Positions 24,050 to 31,063 of a DNA stretch of 32,000 bases are shown here, piece by piece (within the stretch, counting starts at the first letter, position 1; the number at the start of each line of letters is the position of its first letter). The notes under the pieces are model-generated. The model had not been told where the DNA came from. It saw only the letters and a list, made by a program, of their open reading frames with translations, and did not search any database. The position numbers and the translations under genes were made by a program. Source of the stretch: Gemmata obscuriglobus (lineage in GTDB: Bacteria; Planctomycetota; Planctomycetia; Gemmatales; Gemmataceae); the NCBI RefSeq assembly GCF_008065095.1, contig NZ_CP042911.1, positions 2,100,001-2,132,000 on the forward strand. Reading direction: 5' to 3'.

Positions 24050-24225
24050 ATAAATATTATTTCAAATTTTAGAATGAAAACAGGCTGATTTCCCAGGCGT
24101 GGGGGTAGATACTTAACAGGCGTCCACTGTAATTGTATATTCAATCATATATTTGATTTACGAGCCCGAAACGACTGAAGTCCTTTTCTAATATCGATTT
24201 ACGAACTGGCCGGGAATTGCTGGTG
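23947..24225. repeat. 17-nt perfect inverted repeat pair flanking a 245-bp AT-rich segment
   Basis: CACCAGCAATTCCCGGC at 23947-23963 is the exact reverse complement of GCCGGGAATTGCTGGTG at 24209-24225. Each arm is itself an imperfect palindrome around AATT. GTGGGACAC is present next to both arms in direct orientation. Confidence 0.9.
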
Positions 24226-24249
24226 GGACACTATCTTACTGCTGTACTT

Positions 24250-24606
24250 TTAGGCCACGCCACGGCCATGAATGCTGTGGTAGCCGATACTTGCCAAGGC
24301 TTCGACGCCTTTAACGAGGTTGCCAAGGTCTTCGGCGGTGATCCAGTTCTTTTCGTTCAGGTGGAGCAACCAGTCGCCCAGTTTGGCGGTGCTGTCGATT
24401 CGGGTAAGGACAATCTCGTACTGTTGTGGCTTGTAGTCGATGGAGGGCGGTTCAGCGGGATTGTAGACCCAGTTTCCCCAGTGTTGTGTACCGGAGTCAA
24501 CCAGCGTCTTCAGCTTGGCGTCCTCCAGTTCGCCCAATTCGATTAGCTCCTCGGCGGTGAATGACGTTTGGGCCTGGAGCTTGTTCAGGCGGGTGTCATC
24601 GCTCAT
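24250..24606 (-). CDS. Hypothetical protein (118 aa)
   Basis: The sequence is protein-like: MSDDTRLNKLQAQTSFTAEELIELGELEDAKLKTLVDSGTQHWGNWVYNP... Confidence 0.6.
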   Translation of the reverse strand: MSDDTRLNKLQAQTSFTAEELIELGELEDAKLKTLVDSGTQHWGNWVYNPAEPPSIDYKPQQYEIVLTRIDSTAKLGDWLLHLNEKNWITAEDLGNLVKGVEALASIGYHSIHGRGVA

Positions 24607-24616
24607 TGAACACTCC

Positions 24617-25084
24617 TTAGTTTCGGGGTGAAGATGCCGTCACCGGATCGGACGGGCTGACGGCGTTGCCGGCGAGTATCCAGAGTCGCCTGTGGTCCGG
24701 CACCCAGAAATCAACGCTGTCTTCACCACCACCGGCACCGTGGGCCATTTCCCAGTACGTCACGTCGGTGTTGATGCCGAAGGCCGCACCCGCATCGGCC
24801 GGGATGGTGTCTTCGGAATCATCTCGGCCATAGGGGTAATCCAGGCACGGGTGCCCTTTGAAGTCGCCGAGCGAAAAAGTCGGCAGGACGGTGACCAGCA
24901 GCGAGTGGTTGCCGTTGCACTCGGAATGTCCGCACGACCACGACACCAGGAAGTCCGGCGACCACCCGACGAGTTCGAGCGGCTGGTACGCCCACTTCCA
25001 GTTCGCCAGGTCGAAGAACGCTGCCCACCGTGCGTGGAGGCGTGATTTGAACGTCACCCCGGCGTACTGTGCTTCAACGAACAT
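24617..25084 (-). CDS. Phage nuclease-like protein (TnsA/PD-(D/E)xK-type N-terminal motif)
   Basis: The ATG at 25084 is preceded by AAGGAAG. 'FKSRLHARWAAFFDLANWKWAYQPLELVGWSPDFLV' matches a recurrent phage pattern (S.LE.RWA.FFD..g..W.YEP....y.PDF). The downstream E-x-K is not obvious, so activity is uncertain. Confidence 0.65.
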   Translation of the reverse strand: MFVEAQYAGVTFKSRLHARWAAFFDLANWKWAYQPLELVGWSPDFLVSWSCGHSECNGNHSLLVTVLPTFSLGDFKGHPCLDYPYGRDDSEDTIPADAGAAFGINTDVTYWEMAHGAGGGEDSVDFWVPDHRRLWILAGNAVSPSDPVTASSPRN

Positions 25085-25139
25085 GATCTTCCTTTCGTGT
25101 GGTTCGACCCGCCGCATTTTCATTACCAACGGGTAGATA

Positions 25140-25384
25140 GTTCTGGACCCGACCGCAATACCGCTTGGTCGGGTGGATCATCATTTTGGACCGTGACGAC
25201 GGTGATGATGATCGGGTCGGGTTGTTGCTTTTTCAAAACCGGGTACAGGGTTGGGGGCCATCTGTCATCATCATCACACCCGACTGTAAGGAGGGATGAT
25301 GATGATGATGATGACCACAATCACCCCTAGACATGATGATTCCTATTATCCTTGCCAACCCGATAATCGTTCTTATCGGCCCGA
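25140..25384. repeat. Repeat-dense intergenic region ((GAT)6 tract, GTCATCATCATCA/TGATGATGATGAC hairpin, four ACCCGAC/GTCGGGT heptamers)
   Basis: ACCCGACC at 25147-25154 pairs with GGTCGGGT at 25167-25174. GTCGGGT lies at 25216-25222 and ACCCGAC at 25278-25284. The (GAT)6 tract is at 25295-25312, and the 13-bp stem pairs 25264-25276 with 25303-25315. A small hairpin CGATAA-tcgttc-TTATCG lies at 25361-25378. Confidence 0.85.
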
Positions 25385-27058
25385 TCACGCTTCCTTGCCG
25401 GGGGTCCAATTTGTGGCCTTTAACCCGAGCTTCGCCTTAAACGGCCCCCACAGATCGGCGTAGCCGGTGACCAACCCGTACTTTTTCTTCTTAGCGTCGT
25501 TCTCGACGATCTTCTCGGCCTCCAGTGCCCGGAGAGCATCGTACAGCTTGGCCGAGGACAGGTTCAGCTTGTCGGCTTTGAAACTCCGAAGCATGGCGGC
25601 ACCCGACTCCGGCCCTGACGATTCGAGGTGTCGGACGACGTGGGCCATTGCGTTCGCTAGGTTCTCTTCGCTGAGTGCGGCAGCGGCATCCTCACCCGCT
25701 CCGAGGTACCGGTACACACCGTCGTCGAATTCGAGCGTGTGCGGCGGGGTGTGGTCGATACGGCCACCGATTTTGACACGTCGCTGGGTGGTATCCTGAC
25801 CGGTTCCAGGGGCCTTGACAACTTCAAAATCGATCAGAACGTCCGGGACCGCCAGGATGTCGGTGCTACCGCTGGCCCGTCCTTCGTGATTCGCATGGTG
25901 AATGAACCCGACGGTATGACCGGTTTTGTGGGACCACTCGGAAAAGGGGTCCAAAAGTCCGCTGATACAGTTTGCGTCCCATTCCCAGTTTGACTTCAAG
26001 CCGGGCTTTCGCCCGAAAGAACGGCGAAGCGAATCGATCAGGAAAAAGCCGGGCTGGGTCATCCGCTTGGCGATTTGGTCCAGGAAGTCGGTGGTGACGT
26101 GGGGCGGGAGTTTGTACGCCTTGTTGTCCACCTGGCGGTTGCTGACCCTAAACCACTTTTTTAGGTCGGTCCAGTCCCGGCCTTCCATGACCGGGTTCAG
26201 AATGCAGTGCTTCAGGTACGCCGTATCGTTTTCGTAGTCCACGTAATAAAAGGGGAACGGGTCGGCGGCTTCTCCCCAGAACGACCCGGTGTACACGAGG
26301 TCGATAAACGACTGGATGATACACGTCGTTTTCCCCTTTTTGGCGGGGCCGGGAATGACCATCAGCTTCCCTTGCGGGATACGCCGGGGGACGAGGTACT
26401 TGTACTCGGAGGACGTTTCGGCGAAGAAGGTGTCCAGGTCGCACAGGTCGGCGTCTTCGGAACCGGCCAGGTTACGCTCCCGGTTCTCGATCATCGTCTT
26501 GAGGAACTGGGTTTGCTCCTCGTAACTGACCTTTTTGTTGTTGCGGGCGTCCATAAACCGCAACAGGTCCACTTTGCTCTGCTGCTCGAAAACGAAGTGT
26601 CGAAGGTGGTCGTCGATTTGTTCGGGGACGGGGTGGTCGGTGTGATACTCCAGGAGTGTATTTAGCTCGCCGAGGTGCCACAGCTTTACGGCCTCGTCCT
26701 TGCCGTCAAGCTCTTGAGTCAGGACGTTTTCGAGGTACGCTTTGGTCGGGAGCTTTTTGTACTTCTCGACGTGACGGGCCAGGGTCTTAAAAATCAGTTT
26801 ATGGTGCTCGGCCACCCAGTGCTCGGTGGTCAGCTTGTCGTGATATTTGACAGCCAGGTCGGTCTCGGTCAGCAGCGTGCCGAGAATCTCCCGCAGGAAG
26901 CTCTCGGTACCGGTGATGGTGATGTCGAGCGGCTGGCGGTCGGGGTCTTGCTTCGCCAGTTCTTCGATCAGCTTCCGCTTCTCTTCTTCCGTCCTTTTCT
27001 TAATTTCCGCTTGTGCTGTTTGGTCCATTGAACGATATATTCCATAAGACGGTTCCAT
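25385..27058 (-). CDS. Replicative helicase-like ATPase (DnaB-N-like helical N-terminus plus RecA-fold AAA_25/RepA-type core)
   Basis: Walker A is 'VIPGPAKKGKTT' and Walker B-like is 'GFFLIDSLRRSFG', followed by 'VGFIHHANHEGRASGSTD'. The N-terminus 'FLREILGTLLTETDLAVKYHDKLTTEHWVAEHHKLIFKTLARHV' resembles DnaB N-domains. I place the start at the ATG at 27058 (or 27028), because the track start at 27118 would put a 15-bp terminator hairpin inside the ORF. Confidence 0.85.
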   Translation of the reverse strand: MEPSYGIYRSMDQTAQAEIKKRTEEEKRKLIEELAKQDPDRQPLDITITGTESFLREILGTLLTETDLAVKYHDKLTTEHWVAEHHKLIFKTLARHVEKYKKLPTKAYLENVLTQELDGKDEAVKLWHLGELNTLLEYHTDHPVPEQIDDHLRHFVFEQQSKVDLLRFMDARNNKKVSYEEQTQFLKTMIENRERNLAGSEDADLCDLDTFFAETSSEYKYLVPRRIPQGKLMVIPGPAKKGKTTCIIQSFIDLVYTGSFWGEAADPFPFYYVDYENDTAYLKHCILNPVMEGRDWTDLKKWFRVSNRQVDNKAYKLPPHVTTDFLDQIAKRMTQPGFFLIDSLRRSFGRKPGLKSNWEWDANCISGLLDPFSEWSHKTGHTVGFIHHANHEGRASGSTDILAVPDVLIDFEVVKAPGTGQDTTQRRVKIGGRIDHTPPHTLEFDDGVYRYLGAGEDAAAALSEENLANAMAHVVRHLESSGPESGAAMLRSFKADKLNLSSAKLYDALRALEAEKIVENDAKKKKYGLVTGYADLWGPFKAKLGLKATNWTPGKEA

Positions 27059-27065
27059 TGAATTT

Positions 27066-27105
27066 GACCACGGGCCGGTTCGTAACCGGCCCGTGGTCTT
27101 TTTTT
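27066..27105 (+). terminator. Canonical intrinsic terminator in plus orientation (15-bp stem plus T7)
   Basis: GACCACGGGCCGGTT-cgt-AACCGGCCCGTGGTC followed by TTTTTTT. Confidence 0.75.
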
Positions 27106-27139
27106 GTACCAGCAACAAGCCGGTACAAGCTATTGGTGG

Positions 27140-27373
27140 TTAGGCCACCGGTTGCTCGGCCTTTTGCCGAAGGTAACGTTTGACCCCCGACTGTTTCAGC
27201 CAATAGGCACGCACAAAATCGATTTGTGTGGCCGAATAAAACGGCCACCCGCCGTAGGTCTGATCGGGCTGCGGCATCCGGGCCTTGTGGTAGTGCCAGG
27301 TGCCATCTGGAATACCGAACTGCTCGCAGAGTAGCTGGCGGACATGATCGACGGTGAAGGCTTCTCTGTCCAT
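27140..27373 (-). CDS. Small DNA-binding-like protein (77 aa)
   Basis: AAAGGA lies before the ATG at 27373. The peptide is MDREAFTVDHVRQLLCEQFGIPDGTWHYHKARMPQPDQTYGGWPFYSATQIDFVRAYWLKQSG. The longer track ORF (to 27820) is antisense to the HNH gene and is junk. Confidence 0.6.
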   Translation of the reverse strand: MDREAFTVDHVRQLLCEQFGIPDGTWHYHKARMPQPDQTYGGWPFYSATQIDFVRAYWLKQSGVKRYLRQKAEQPVA

Positions 27374-27466
27374 TTTTTTGGTTCCTTTCGATTGAGGCGA
27401 CAGACTAGTAGAGTGCGGCTGCCGAATTTCAATCTCAATTTTGAAATTACCTCCATATCTAGGAGG

Positions 27467-27769
27467 ATGACACCAAAACAAAAAAGGCACCAGGAGCACC
27501 TTCGCAGCCCGTACTGGGCCACGGTCCGCCGTGCCGTCGAAGAGCGGGATCACGGCCGTTGCATCCAATGTGGTGCAACGGCCGTTGACGGCCCTCTTCA
27601 TGTTCACCACCTGAGCTACAATTTTTGGCTCCGTGAACTGGACGGCCTGCACACGGTGATTCTGCTGTGTGAGTGCTGTCACGCTATACGGCACGGGAAA
27701 ATACCGACCCAGCGAGTACTGAGTGATTACGATTTGCTGATGCACGTTGAGATTTTTTTGAAGGACTAA
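27467..27769 (+). CDS. HNH endonuclease
   Basis: 'ERDHGRCIQCGATAVDGPLHVHHLSY...LLCECCHAIRHG' is the phage HNH zinc-finger/His-Me layout. The ATG at 27467 lies directly after AGGAGG. Confidence 0.85.
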   Translation: MTPKQKRHQEHLRSPYWATVRRAVEERDHGRCIQCGATAVDGPLHVHHLSYNFWLRELDGLHTVILLCECCHAIRHGKIPTQRVLSDYDLLMHVEIFLKD

Positions 27770-27866
27770 CACTCTGATAGGCGAAGCACGCCAGCGGTGT
27801 AGGCTTGCCGTCCGTTTCAATAGGAGACCCGGGAGTCGCCCGCTGCGGCCTCGGACTTTCTTAATT

Positions 27867-28268
27867 ATGGGGCCGACACCAGAGACTGAACCCGCCGCTG
27901 TCCGCCGAGCTGTACTCGATTCGCTCGAAATCGGTACGATTTCCGAAAAATTGGTTCTTTTAGTACACCAAATTGCACGTCGCAGGTGCTGTCCCGGTAT
28001 GGCCGAAGATATTGCCCAGACCGTACTTTGCAGCCTTGTCCGAAATCTTCAGAAACTCGACCCGGACAAGGACTTGTATGCTTATATTTGCAGCGGCGTG
28101 GTCAATACTTGGCGGCGAATTATGCGGGGGCGTCGAGCCGAGCGTAAATACCTTTTGGCTCAGGTGGAAGTGATCTTGGCCGGCTTGCCTCCGGCGTATC
28201 GAAGTACTGCTAGGGGGCAAGCGATTGCGTCATGGGAGCAGGTGTCGGGGTTAAAGTACTATGCTTAA
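27867..28268 (+). CDS. ECF-type sigma-70-like protein (region 2 clear, region 4 short or incomplete)
   Basis: 'AEDIAQTVLCSLVRNLQKLDPDKDLYAYICSGVVNTWRRIMRGRRAERK' fits sigma region 2.1-2.4 ('AEDl.Q..fl.l......f.......WL..i..N...d..R'). 'ILAGLPPAYRS' resembles the start of region 4, but the ORF ends about 25 aa later. Confidence 0.55.
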   Translation: MGPTPETEPAAVRRAVLDSLEIGTISEKLVLLVHQIARRRCCPGMAEDIAQTVLCSLVRNLQKLDPDKDLYAYICSGVVNTWRRIMRGRRAERKYLLAQVEVILAGLPPAYRSTARGQAIASWEQVSGLKYYA

Positions 28269-28330
28269 TGCGATCTCCCAGCACCTCCACTATGACAAGG
28301 CTACGTCATGCGGAGGGCTGCAATAAATTC

Positions 28331-28966
28331 CTAGTTAATCGCTAGGATCACGTAGTCTGCTGTAGGATTGCTTTGCACCTGTGGCTGCGGTGTAGAGCAA
28401 GGCGTTGGCATTGGTGGCCGGTCGCCCCTGGCGAGAATATAAGCCACAAAATTCATCAAGATTGCGAGACTGTAATGAATCAGAACGACGGTTCCGTGTC
28501 CGCAGCGACCGCCACCACCGAACGGCTGTAATATCACCGGCTGAAGAATATCCATGACCATTCGGGTGGATACACCGACAAATCCAGCCCAAAGCACTAG
28601 GCCGGGTGCGAAAGCGGCAAGGAGTTTCGTGGAATTGAGCGTTTTGAACGGCCCTGGATCATCTCCCCAGTTCTTCCGAACATGGCAGTAGGCGAGTTCA
28701 CAGAACAAGGCGGACCACATCAAAAACAGCAGCGGTTGGTAGAGGAAGCGGTGGAACGGCGTGTCTGGCCCCTCGCCCGGCCCTCCATTGTTGAGGATCA
28801 GTGTCGTGGCCACTGCCAGAAGCAGGATGGTGATCGAGCCACGGCGGGCCACTTTTTTCCGAACAGGGCGAATCTGTTCAACCTTGCGTGTCAGTGCGGC
28901 ATCGAAACGGGAAATGAGACCGGAGAGCATGGGAGATCGCCTCCTGGGGACAGAGGTGGGCGACAA
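28331..28966 (-). CDS. Polytopic membrane protein (about 5 TM segments), unknown function
   Basis: Hydrophobic segments include ITILLLAVATTLIL, LLFLMWSALFCELAY, LLAAFAPGLVLWAGFVGV and VVLIHYSLAILMNFVAYIL. An alternative start lies at 28930. Confidence 0.6.
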   Translation of the reverse strand: MSPTSVPRRRSPMLSGLISRFDAALTRKVEQIRPVRKKVARRGSITILLLAVATTLILNNGGPGEGPDTPFHRFLYQPLLFLMWSALFCELAYCHVRKNWGDDPGPFKTLNSTKLLAAFAPGLVLWAGFVGVSTRMVMDILQPVILQPFGGGGRCGHGTVVLIHYSLAILMNFVAYILARGDRPPMPTPCSTPQPQVQSNPTADYVILAIN

Positions 28967-29005
28967 ATCCAGTAAACTCGATCAACCTTCGCTTGGTCAA
29001 GAAGA

Positions 29006-29025
29006 AATTAGTGAGGAATTAGTGA
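29006..29025 (+). repeat. Tandem AATTAGTGA 9-mers spaced 11 nt
   Basis: gaAATTAGTGAggAATTAGTGAag. The copies lie at 29006-29014 and 29017-29025, in the ORF-poor region upstream of the terminase gene. Confidence 0.8.
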
Positions 29026-29204
29026 AGATTCAGTCTCCAAAATCTCTCCTTGAAATCCGAAAGAGAAAACCCAGCAACGCAGGCGGAGTTTCGCAAATTT
29101 GTCTAAAAATCGCAGATGCCCCAACCTCGTCGAAGAGTACGCTTGCCACCCATCTGCCATTTCAGCTTTTCTTCGGGTGGCTCTCCCACCTGTTTGCCCG
29201 CTAA

Positions 29205-29453
29205 TTATTCCGTCGGCTCGACTATCTCTGCTTCACGAGGTGTTGAGTGCAGTGGCCTGGTGGCCCTTTGAGTAGAGCCGCACCTCTTGCAAATTTCAAT
29301 AGTGATGCAAACCGACTCTCGATGGCGATCTTTTCCTGCCCGTGTCTCCTTGACCTCCCATTTGTGGTAGCAGCGGTGGCTGTAGCGAGCGAATACGTAC
29401 ATGTAAAAACCTCGGCGATGGTACGGGTTGATACGTTTAATATACGACCCCAT
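29205..29453 (-). CDS. Possible small zinc-ribbon protein (82 aa)
   Basis: 'HRCYHKWEV...VCITIEICKRCGS' offers a C/H..C..C arrangement. It looks more protein-like than the overlapping plus-strand ORFs. Confidence 0.4.
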   Translation of the reverse strand: MGSYIKRINPYHRRGFYMYVFARYSHRCYHKWEVKETRAGKDRHRESVCITIEICKRCGSTQRATRPLHSTPREAEIVEPTE

Positions 29454-29501
29454 CAGATGGGGTCATTATGTGATTTATGATTTTGTGGCCTAGATACGGC
29501 C

Positions 29502-31040
29502 GTGAAATCCGCTCCAACACTCGTCGAGATCGACCGCCTTTTGGCCGCAAACCGGTTCCGCCACTTCTGCGAACTCGTTTGGCCTGCCGTCCGCCCAGAA
29601 CCATTTGTCGGCGGATACTTCGTAGACGCCTTATGCGAGCACCTGGAAGCCGTCCACAAAGGTCAGATCAAGCGGCTAGCTCTCGTTTGCCCCGTCCGGC
29701 ACGGCAAAAGCGTATTCACCTCCGTACTGTGGCCCGCTTGGTGCTGGATCACCGACCCGTCGATACGGTTCCTTTCGGCATCCGCCACACAAGACCTTGT
29801 TCTTCGTGACAGCGACAAGACCCGGGACATCATCAGCCACACGGTCTTTCAAAAGCACTTCGCCGGTCTCTTCAATCTCTCCGAAAAGCAAGACTCGAAG
29901 GGGTGGTACAAGAACGATCGGGGCGGCGAACGAAAGGCCGTCGGTGCCGGCACCCGATCCACAGGTCTCGATGCCGAATATCTGATCGTCGACGACCTTC
30001 TGGACTACGACAAGGCCCGACACGAAGGCGAGCGAAAAGCCGTTCTGGACTTCTACGCCAACACGTTGACCAACCGGTTGGTGTACGCTGCGAACAAGGA
30101 CCGTATCGTCCTATGCGGGCACCGGGTTCACGAAGACGACGTATTCAACCACGTCTGGACCACGTTCGGCAACGACGGCAGTTGGACGTATTTGTACCTC
30201 CCGGCAGAAGCGAATCCGGACCTGAGTAACAGCTACCACAACGCTCTCGGTTGGAAGGACACCCGGAAGGTCGGCCAGTTGCTCCACCCCGGCGTTGTGC
30301 CGCTGGCAAAGATCAATGAGGCGAAGAAGGGAGGGAAGCACAAGTACCACTGTCTTTACAACCAGGATGTTACTCCGGCGGACGGTGACATCTTCTCCGC
30401 TTCGATGTTCCGGTACTTCACGGCGGCAGACGGCTTTTACAATCTGGCCGGGAAGCAGGTTGATGCGAAAGCGGCTTGGCGGTTCGTGGCGGTTGATACT
30501 GCCGTCAGCACCGAGAGCACTGCCGACTATTCAGTGATTCAGGTCTGGGACTGCATCGGTGGTCACCTCGTCCTAGTCCATCAGATACGAAAACGACTCG
30601 ACGGCACGAAACTGGTGCCGGCCATCGCCAGCGTCCACCGAACCTACAACCCTCAGTTCGTGTGCGTGGAGGAGCAGTTCGTCGGGCGGTTCGTCATCGA
30701 TCAGTTGCGGGCCGAGAGTGTACCGGTCAAGCGGTTCAACGCAAAAGGTCACGGTGACAAAGAGACGAGGGCGGTAGCGGCACAGATCAGAATGGAAGCC
30801 GGGAGTGTGTGGTTCCCGGCAGATCAGGACTGGGTGTCGGACCTTCAAAAAGAACTCCTAGCGTTCCCGGCGAGCACCCACGACGACCAAGTGGATGCGT
30901 TGTCGATGGCGTGCATTTTGGCGGACAAGTACACCGGGAAGATCGAGATCGAACTGACCCCGGAGGAAGCCGAAGCAAAAGCAAAAAAGGACGCTGAGGG
31001 GCGTTTCCAAAAGATGCTTTGGCAGGGTGCTCCGTTCTGA
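29502..31040 (+). CDS. terL: Phage terminase large subunit
   Basis: GTG start. Walker A is 'LVCPVRHGKSVF' and Walker B 'YLIVDDLLDYD'. The nuclease domain shows 'FVAVDTAVSTESTADYSVIQVW' and 'HDDQVDALSMA'. Confidence 0.92.
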   Translation: MKSAPTLVEIDRLLAANRFRHFCELVWPAVRPEPFVGGYFVDALCEHLEAVHKGQIKRLALVCPVRHGKSVFTSVLWPAWCWITDPSIRFLSASATQDLVLRDSDKTRDIISHTVFQKHFAGLFNLSEKQDSKGWYKNDRGGERKAVGAGTRSTGLDAEYLIVDDLLDYDKARHEGERKAVLDFYANTLTNRLVYAANKDRIVLCGHRVHEDDVFNHVWTTFGNDGSWTYLYLPAEANPDLSNSYHNALGWKDTRKVGQLLHPGVVPLAKINEAKKGGKHKYHCLYNQDVTPADGDIFSASMFRYFTAADGFYNLAGKQVDAKAAWRFVAVDTAVSTESTADYSVIQVWDCIGGHLVLVHQIRKRLDGTKLVPAIASVHRTYNPQFVCVEEQFVGRFVIDQLRAESVPVKRFNAKGHGDKETRAVAAQIRMEAGSVWFPADQDWVSDLQKELLAFPASTHDDQVDALSMACILADKYTGKIEIELTPEEAEAKAKKDAEGRFQKMLWQGAPF

Positions 31041-31063
31041 TGGGCAGGCCACTAGATATCTGC

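Noticed and set aside
27140-27820. 226-aa track ORF on the minus strand
   Set aside because: Only the last 77 codons (from the ATG at 27373, which has an SD) are protein-like. The upstream part is antisense to the well-supported HNH gene.
28244-28345. Possible frameshift at the G4 run (28247-28250) extending the sigma-like ORF into '...STSTMTRLRHAEGCNKFL', a region 4.2-like sequence
   Set aside because: The spacing between the putative EIA-like and TVKSRL-like segments is about 8 residues too long for sigma region 4, and the similarity is weak. It is probably a coincidence.
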